Positions 26,684-32,000 of a stretch of 32,000 bases of DNA are shown here, piece after piece. The notes beneath the pieces were generated by a model. The model saw only the letters and a program-made list of their open reading frames with translations. It did no database searches and had not been told where the DNA came from. Both the position numbers and the translations under genes were made by a program. Each line of letters opens with the position of its first letter. Within the stretch, counting starts at the first letter, position 1. Origin of the DNA: Methanothermus fervidus DSM 2088 (lineage in GTDB: Archaea; Methanobacteriota; Methanobacteria; DSM-2088; Methanothermaceae); assembly GCA_000166095.1 (NCBI GenBank), contig CP002278.1, positions 270,001 to 302,000 on the forward strand. Reading direction: 5' to 3'.

Positions 26684-27538
26684 TTGGATTTAGATGTTGT
26701 AAGTATTGGAAGCTGTAATATGGATATTATTTTAAGAGTACCATCATTTGTAGAGCCAGACAGTGAAATGTATGTAGAAAAAATATATATGCAACCAGGT
26801 GGCCCTGCTTTTAATTTTGCAGTTAACATGGCTCGTTTAAAATTTAATACATGGATAATAGCAAGAATAGGCATGGACAGATTTGGAGAGATAATTAAAA
26901 AAACTCTTAAAAAAGAAGGTGTGAATATCGAATATTTACAGGAATCAGAAATTCCTACAGGTGTAGCATTTATTAGTGTAGATAAAAAAGGTAGAAGATC
27001 TGTATATTCATATATGGGTGCAAATGCAACATTAGATTTCAGTAAAAAAGATATTAAACGTATCAAAACTGCTGATGTAGTATATTTATCTGGAACTTAT
27101 TGGGAAACTGCACTAAAAGTTTCTAAAAGAGCAAACATTTTTATCTATAATCCAGGATCTATTATAGCGAACTTTGGAACAAAAACATTGTCAAAAATTT
27201 TCAAGCACACCTATATTTTGTTTGCAAATGAAAAAGAATTGAAAAAACTTACAAATTTAAATATTGAAAAAGGTGCTAGAATTTTACTAGATTTAGGTGT
27301 GAAGATTGTTGTAATTACAAGAGGAAAAAAGGATGCAATTGCAATAACAGAAAATAAAATAGTTAGATGCCCAGCAAAAAAATTAAAGGTTGTAGATACA
27401 ACAGGAGCCGGCGATGCATTTGCGGCAGGATTTATAGCTAAATGGCTAAAAAATGAAAATTTAAAAAATTGTTTAAGATTTGGGCATCAAAAAGCAGCTC
27501 AATGTATAAAAAATTATGGATCAATGCAATTATCTTAA
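26684..27538 (+). CDS. PfkB/ribokinase-family carbohydrate or nucleoside kinase
   Basis: GGPAFNFA, the C-terminal signature DTTGAGDAFAAGF, 284 aa. TTG start with AGGTGA SD overlapping the minD stop. Confidence 0.82.
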   Translation: MDLDVVSIGSCNMDIILRVPSFVEPDSEMYVEKIYMQPGGPAFNFAVNMARLKFNTWIIARIGMDRFGEIIKKTLKKEGVNIEYLQESEIPTGVAFISVDKKGRRSVYSYMGANATLDFSKKDIKRIKTADVVYLSGTYWETALKVSKRANIFIYNPGSIIANFGTKTLSKIFKHTYILFANEKELKKLTNLNIEKGARILLDLGVKIVVITRGKKDAIAITENKIVRCPAKKLKVVDTTGAGDAFAAGFIAKWLKNENLKNCLRFGHQKAAQCIKNYGSMQLS

Positions 27539-27540
27539 AC

Positions 27541-28998
27541 TTAACCTAAGAATTTTCTAAGATTTGCAGCCTCAAGTATACTTTCTTTTATGCTATCTGT
27601 TCCATCTGTTGCTAAGAGATGATATATTTTTCTACTAATGTTTACATGTTTTCTATCTTCTTCAACTTCTGGGAAATGTTCTCTAACAGATTTTTTTAAA
27701 GAATCTGTTATAAGTGGAGATTCCCAGTCAAGATATTTTAATGCATCATAAAAATCTTTTTCAAAATTAACATATATATCGCTCAGAAAATCTATATCTT
27801 TCTCTGATAATGCATCAAAACCAAGAATTTCTGGTGGTACTCCAATAGAATACAACACACAGGTAAAGGTTATTGCTCTTGGTAATACAATATTTCCCAT
27901 TTTTCTAGAGTATCCAAAAAGACCTATATGCAGTTTTCTTTTTCTTCTACTAGGTACAAATCTAGATAACCTATTGATTATAGATGCAACATTTGTAATT
28001 TGTTTTTGATATTGTTCAGTATATTTATTTATGATATCTAGGGATTTTTCAATGTCAACAATGTCAGCATTTTTTTTCTTTTTTGATTTGAGTTTTTTAA
28101 TGGCCTTTGAAACATCGCTAGGTGGATTGTCATATTTAAATGAAGATTGAATTGTGAAAGTATGAACACTTGGGTATTCCGCTATAATTTGATCAACTGT
28201 TTTAGGTTTTAAATTTCCCCGGAAAGGAGCAGATCCAATTCCTATAATGGGATATATATCTATGGATATTTTTTCAGCTAGTTCATCTAACTTCATTAAT
28301 GCTATTTTATTCAATAACAAGGCAGAAATCATTCCATAATTCATGGCTGGGTCTGAACGTGCAAGAAAAACTCTTTGATATTCAAAATTTTTATCTCTAA
28401 GATAATTTTCTGTAATCTTATCAGAGTTTAACATTGATTTGTAATCCTCAAATAAAGGTATTACGTTTATTTCTTTAGGTTTAAAACTCCCAATCCATTC
28501 TTTTACAGTTATATCTTTCTTCCTAATTAACATCTTTTCTTTTCCAGCTACAAACTTCTTATAATAATAATATATCCTATTTAAATCATTGGCTGAAGTT
28601 GTCATTGGTAAAATTACTTCAAAAATAGGGGCAATATCTTCACCATAGAATACCTTTGCTGTATCGTAGGATCGAGGTATACTTTCCAATGTTTCAATTA
28701 AAATTTTAGATTCGGCTCTTTCTATTGCGGGATTTGGTACTCTTAATGTCAAAAATACATCTTTTCCTAATTTATTTTCTCTAAAGAATAATTCATATTT
28801 TGTTAAAAGTTTTTTTACTACATAGTTATCTACTTCTTTTCCTTCACAATCCCACATCTGTTCATCGCAACCCAAATGTGAAAAAACATAGTAAGTTTCT
28901 GTAACTTCATCTTCACCTTTTATTTCACTGTTAGGTGAAAAGAAAGGAGGGTTAACATTGTCAGGGTGTTGAGTACTCATACATCTTGGTATATACAT
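27541..28998 (-). CDS. ppcA: Archaeal-type phosphoenolpyruvate carboxylase (PepcA)
   Basis: The N-terminal IPRCMSTQHPDN signature and the roughly 485-aa size are typical of the short archaeal PEPC. SD AGGGTGA is embedded in the end of the upstream ORF. Confidence 0.85.
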   Translation of the reverse strand: MYIPRCMSTQHPDNVNPPFFSPNSEIKGEDEVTETYYVFSHLGCDEQMWDCEGKEVDNYVVKKLLTKYELFFRENKLGKDVFLTLRVPNPAIERAESKILIETLESIPRSYDTAKVFYGEDIAPIFEVILPMTTSANDLNRIYYYYKKFVAGKEKMLIRKKDITVKEWIGSFKPKEINVIPLFEDYKSMLNSDKITENYLRDKNFEYQRVFLARSDPAMNYGMISALLLNKIALMKLDELAEKISIDIYPIIGIGSAPFRGNLKPKTVDQIIAEYPSVHTFTIQSSFKYDNPPSDVSKAIKKLKSKKKKNADIVDIEKSLDIINKYTEQYQKQITNVASIINRLSRFVPSRRKRKLHIGLFGYSRKMGNIVLPRAITFTCVLYSIGVPPEILGFDALSEKDIDFLSDIYVNFEKDFYDALKYLDWESPLITDSLKKSVREHFPEVEEDRKHVNISRKIYHLLATDGTDSIKESILEAANLRKFLG

Positions 28999-28999
28999 T

Positions 29000-29407
29000 C
29001 TATTTCACCCTTTTCCCGCATTTTAATTTTAATTCTTTTTTTACTTCACTTTTTAGTTTTCTGAATTTTTCTCTGGTCTTTTCAAATTCCTTTAAATTTG
29101 TAATTAAAACTCCTTTCTTTAATTCTTCTTGCCTAGATGCAACAAGTTCATCTAAAGATATTAACATTCGTAGAATGCTCATATACAATTTTTTATATTG
29201 TCCAGGAGGTGTTATTTTTTCATAATCAAAAAATATTGATTCAATATTTTTCTTTAAAATATTTAAGTTTTCTATTTCATTTTCTCTTTCTGAAAGATCT
29301 TTTAAATTTTTGCTAAATGATTTTAACAAGGATAAAACTACATATGTAGTATCTGTAATAGTTTTTTGACTTTTTCTCAAAAATTGGCATTCAGTCATTT
29401 CAAACAT
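29000..29407 (-). CDS. Hypothetical helical protein (about 135 aa), family not recognised
   Basis: ORF with heptad-like Lys/Glu/Leu-rich segments. The ORF track starts at GTG 29416; ATG 29407 is preceded by GTGAT. Its stop TAG (29000..29002) lies 1 nt from the ppcA start, and its last codons supply the ppcA SD. Confidence 0.5.
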   Translation of the reverse strand: MFEMTECQFLRKSQKTITDTTYVVLSLLKSFSKNLKDLSERENEIENLNILKKNIESIFFDYEKITPPGQYKKLYMSILRMLISLDELVASRQEELKKGVLITNLKEFEKTREKFRKLKSEVKKELKLKCGKRVK

Positions 29408-29431
29408 CTTAATCACTAGGAATAACTATGT

Positions 29432-29920
29432 TTAACTTTTGGCTTTAAAGAATTCATCAGGTTTTAAAACACTTATTCCTGTTATCTTACCCACAATTTC
29501 TATCTGAATAACCCATTTTCCATTTTTGTCTGGGATTAAGTTTAATTCATCTGTTAAAGCTTCTTCCACCTTTTCCACAACTTCATCTTTGTTTATTTCA
29601 CTTCCTCTTAAATCACATCTAACACTGAAAGTATCATTAGCCTTTACTTTTTTACGACATAAATTGACCACCTTATTGACAATACTGTTGATATTTGTTT
29701 TTACTACGGCTTCAATGGGGATAATTTTAGAAATATTTGGTAAATTTGCATTTGCTATTATTTTCACTGCTAATTTAGGATCCATCGTCAAATTTATTAA
29801 AAGAAGATTTGGAAAATTTGATTCTTTTATATCTAAAACTGGTTCATAATCTTTTAACAATAATTCTATCTCTTCTGATCCAACAATTTCTTCTCCTTTA
29901 CGACCAGCAAATGTAACCAA
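29432..29920 (-). CDS. Stand-alone THUMP-domain protein (predicted RNA-binding)
   Basis: LLVTFAGRKGEE at the N-terminus, a ferredoxin-like then THUMP-like layout, TFSVRCDLRG and GISVL. The start codon is uncertain: TTG 29920, or an upstream in-frame ATT 29941 that has a GGAGGA SD. Confidence 0.65.
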   Translation of the reverse strand: MVTFAGRKGEEIVGSEEIELLLKDYEPVLDIKESNFPNLLLINLTMDPKLAVKIIANANLPNISKIIPIEAVVKTNINSIVNKVVNLCRKKVKANDTFSVRCDLRGSEINKDEVVEKVEEALTDELNLIPDKNGKWVIQIEIVGKITGISVLKPDEFFKAKS

Positions 29921-29942
29921 AAGATTAAATTTTGTACTAATT

Positions 29943-30575
29943 TTACTTCCTCCTGTCTATTTCATCTCCATAAGCTTCTTTTGGTACTATTGCCTTAGTA
30001 ACAATGGAAACACCAAAAATTTTTATTAAATCACCAGGTATGAATGGTAAAATACCCATTGCAAGTATATTCCAAATTGTGGGTTGGATGCCCTTGCTCA
30101 TTTGCCAAAATGCTAAACCAATTGCACCTGGTACATAAATAAGTACAAAGTTAGCTATCAACATTAATATCAATATATGCTTAAATTTTCTTGCAGAAAT
30201 ATATCTGTCAATGAAATGACCTATAAATAATGATGCAAGGATAAATCCAATTAAGTATCCTCCTGTTGCACCTAATAATACTGTAATACCTCCTTTTGCA
30301 CCTGCAAACCATGAAATACCTGCTGCTCCTAAAATTACATAAAATAGTTGGCTAATACCTCCCCAATATCTACCAAGAATAACTCCAGACAATAAAACAG
30401 CGAAAGTTTGTCCGGTTATAGGTACAGGAGTCCAAGGTAATGGTATGACAATTTGTGCCATAATGCCAGTCATGGCTGCAACTGCCAGTGACATAATAGT
30501 CTTAACTACAACGCCTTGCGATGTCCTCCATTTAAAAAAGTTGTAACGTATTTCATAATATTTTTCTAAGTTCAT
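29943..30575 (-). CDS. bioY: Biotin transporter BioY (ECF S-component)
   Basis: PITGQTFAVLLSGVILG, GAKGGITVLLGATGGYLIGF, and about 6 TM segments. Strong SD AGGAGGTGA lies upstream. Confidence 0.85.
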   Translation of the reverse strand: MNLEKYYEIRYNFFKWRTSQGVVVKTIMSLAVAAMTGIMAQIVIPLPWTPVPITGQTFAVLLSGVILGRYWGGISQLFYVILGAAGISWFAGAKGGITVLLGATGGYLIGFILASLFIGHFIDRYISARKFKHILILMLIANFVLIYVPGAIGLAFWQMSKGIQPTIWNILAMGILPFIPGDLIKIFGVSIVTKAIVPKEAYGDEIDRRK

Positions 30576-30602
30576 TTAGCTCACCTCCTTTTAAAACTTA
30601 AA

Positions 30603-31787
30603 CTAAGTAAATAAAAATTCACAAGCCTCTATAACATGTTTTTTGTCTTCTTCAGCAGCTTTTCTAATTTTGACAGTAATATCATGGAATAGCTTGTTAA
30701 TTATAGATCTTGTTAAATCATTAAAAATTTTTTCGGGATTATTAGAAGTTTCCAACATTTTTAAAGCTTTTTTAACTTCTTTATTTCTTATCTTCTCTGC
30801 CTTAATTCTAATTTTTGATATGATTTCTTCAACCTCTTTATGTTTTAACATTTTTTCAAGAGATATCATTTCTTCCTCTATAATTTTCTCCGCCTTTTCT
30901 GCTTCTTTTTCTCTTTTTTTACGATTTTTTTCAGCTATAACTCTAAGGCTATCTATGTCAAATACATTAACTCCAAGATCTTTTACTCCTTCCTCTACAT
31001 CTCTAGGATTTGCTATATCGATTATTATTACAGACTTCCGCCTTTCAGGAGGAATTTTTTTAATTCGTTCCCGAGTTATTACAGGGTGTGGAGCTCCTGT
31101 AGCACTTATGATTATGTCCACATCTTTTATTACATCTTTTAATTTTTCAAAACGTATAGCACGTCCTCCTAATTCTTTTGCTAATTTTACAGCCCTATCA
31201 TATGTCCTATTAGCAACTAAAATTGCTTCAAGATTTTTATCTGCCAATGATTTAGCAACCAATGTACCCATTTCTCCAGCTCCAACAACTAAAACTTTTT
31301 TATTTTCCAAACTTCCACATATAGATTCTGCTAACTCAACTGCTGCAGATCCTATAGATACAGATCCCTCACTAATTTTTGTTTTTTTCCTTACTACTTG
31401 TCCAACATGGATCGCCTTATTGAATATTAATTCCAAAAGGTCACCACATGTTCCATTATTTTGTGCTTGTAATTTAGCATCCTTTATTTGTCCCAAAATT
31501 TGTGTTTCACCTATTATCATTGATTCTAGGCCAGACGCTAATTTTAATAAATGCAATATTGCTTTTTTATTTTTTTCAATGATTACATCCATATTTTTAA
31601 AGATATTTTCATCAAAGTTATCAGTCACAATATAATATTCCACGCGATTACAAGTTTTTATGCTGACACATTCTTTTATTTTACCTGCTTTCCATAAAGA
31701 TTTAATGATTTTTGCCATCCTTGGAGCAGATTCCTCCAATGTTTTTACATCTGCCATCTTGTGGTCAACTCTAATGTTGATGATCAT
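30603..31787 (-). CDS. hemA: Glutamyl-tRNA reductase
   Basis: Catalytic-Cys motif KTCNRVEYY, ESMIIGETQILGQIK, and the NADPH loop VVGAGEMG. ATG 31787 is preferred over the ORF-track GTG 31802, because GAGGTGAGG lies upstream. Confidence 0.9.
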   Translation of the reverse strand: MIINIRVDHKMADVKTLEESAPRMAKIIKSLWKAGKIKECVSIKTCNRVEYYIVTDNFDENIFKNMDVIIEKNKKAILHLLKLASGLESMIIGETQILGQIKDAKLQAQNNGTCGDLLELIFNKAIHVGQVVRKKTKISEGSVSIGSAAVELAESICGSLENKKVLVVGAGEMGTLVAKSLADKNLEAILVANRTYDRAVKLAKELGGRAIRFEKLKDVIKDVDIIISATGAPHPVITRERIKKIPPERRKSVIIIDIANPRDVEEGVKDLGVNVFDIDSLRVIAEKNRKKREKEAEKAEKIIEEEMISLEKMLKHKEVEEIISKIRIKAEKIRNKEVKKALKMLETSNNPEKIFNDLTRSIINKLFHDITVKIRKAAEEDKKHVIEACEFLFT

Positions 31788-31798
31788 TGAAATTTTCC

Positions 31799-32000
31799 TC
31801 ACCTCTGCAATAATTTATCAACATAATTTTTGGCTTTTTCTAAGTTTCCATCTTTTAGATATTCTTTGATTTTTTTGTCATTAAATAGTTTGTATAATAT
31901 TTTTTTCCTTTCTCTATGGTCATTGAATAAATTTTTAATTTTTTTTCGTGCATAATTTTGTAGTTCAACATTTAAAACATCTTCTTCATTGATACAGGAT
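31799..32000 (-). CDS. 3' end (67 codons) of a gene whose 5' end runs off the right edge. It may be a precorrin-2 dehydrogenase/sirohydrochlorin ferrochelatase (SirC-like), based only on its position upstream of hemA.
   Basis: The open frame ends ...KDGNLEKAKNYVDKLLQR with stop TGA at 31799..31801, immediately before hemA. The function is inferred only from common archaeal synteny, not from motifs. Confidence 0.4.
   Translation of the reverse strand, partial: SCINEEDVLNVELQNYARKKIKNLFNDHRERKKILYKLFNDKKIKEYLKDGNLEKAKNYVDKLLQR

Noticed and set aside
26416-27066. 216-aa minus-strand ORF spanning the minD/pfkB junction
   Set aside because: It is antisense to two well-supported genes, has the same mirrored low-complexity composition, and has no recognisable motifs.
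30643-31635. Strikingly long (330 aa) plus-strand ORF antisense to hemA
   Set aside because: The protein is Ser/Phe/Ile/Leu-rich low-complexity sequence. This is the mirror image of Lys/Glu/Ile-rich codons (AAA/GAA/AAT) on the hemA strand. HemA motifs (TCNR, GAGEMG) clearly identify the minus strand as coding. Long antisense ORFs are expected with this codon bias.
1-32000. Search for tRNA, rRNA, CRISPR arrays, transposases, integrases, and toxin-antitoxin or defence cassettes
   Set aside because: Reading both strands by eye, I found no GC-rich structured islands, no regularly spaced repeats, and no recombinase- or nuclease-like ORFs. Apart from the intein, the window looks like core chromosome. 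A tRNAscan/Infernal run would be needed to exclude small RNAs formally.

Overview
This is an AT-rich, very gene-dense archaeal chromosomal segment. Only two intergenic gaps exceed 100 nt, and many genes overlap by 4-50 nt. The gene content includes topoisomerase VI A/B, an aIF1A-Rio1-KH cluster, Tsr3, ribosomal protein L40e, GGGP synthase, archaeal-type PEP carboxylase, SepF and UPF0146. Together with the Lys/Glu/Ile-rich proteins and GGTGA-type Shine-Dalgarno motifs, this suggests a low-GC, probably thermophilic euryarchaeon; the lineage cannot be proven from this window. I support about 37 protein genes. By eye I saw no rRNA, tRNA, CRISPR array or transposon. All product calls rest on motifs I recognised in the translations; no database search was run. 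Most of the window is housekeeping: dTDP-rhamnose synthesis, carAB, moeA, cbiJ, hemA, bioY and a P-type ATPase. Five things deserve a second look. (1) The rfbB/rmlB gene at the left edge, absent from the ORF track because it runs off the window, carries an in-frame 326-codon intein. The intein has canonical splicing blocks and an apparently degenerate LAGLIDADG endonuclease, and sits inside the conserved AAE-(S/T)HVDRS motif. (2) A ChlI-like AAA+ gene and a ChlD-C-terminal-like VWA gene meet in a 25-nt frame-overlap window. That window contains an A AAA AAA slippery heptamer, and the VWA frame has no ATG or GTG start. The pair is translationally chained to tsr3 and rpl40e, and no large chelatase subunit gene is nearby. 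(3) A Roadblock/LC7 gene sits divergent to a tightly coupled DUF1611-like / SepF / unknown tripartite protein / MinD string, which is a candidate archaeal division-positioning module. (4) The L40e gene is absent from the ORF track. (5) Several starts are unusual (TTG, GTG, possibly ATT), and some divergent or convergent junctions are extremely short.
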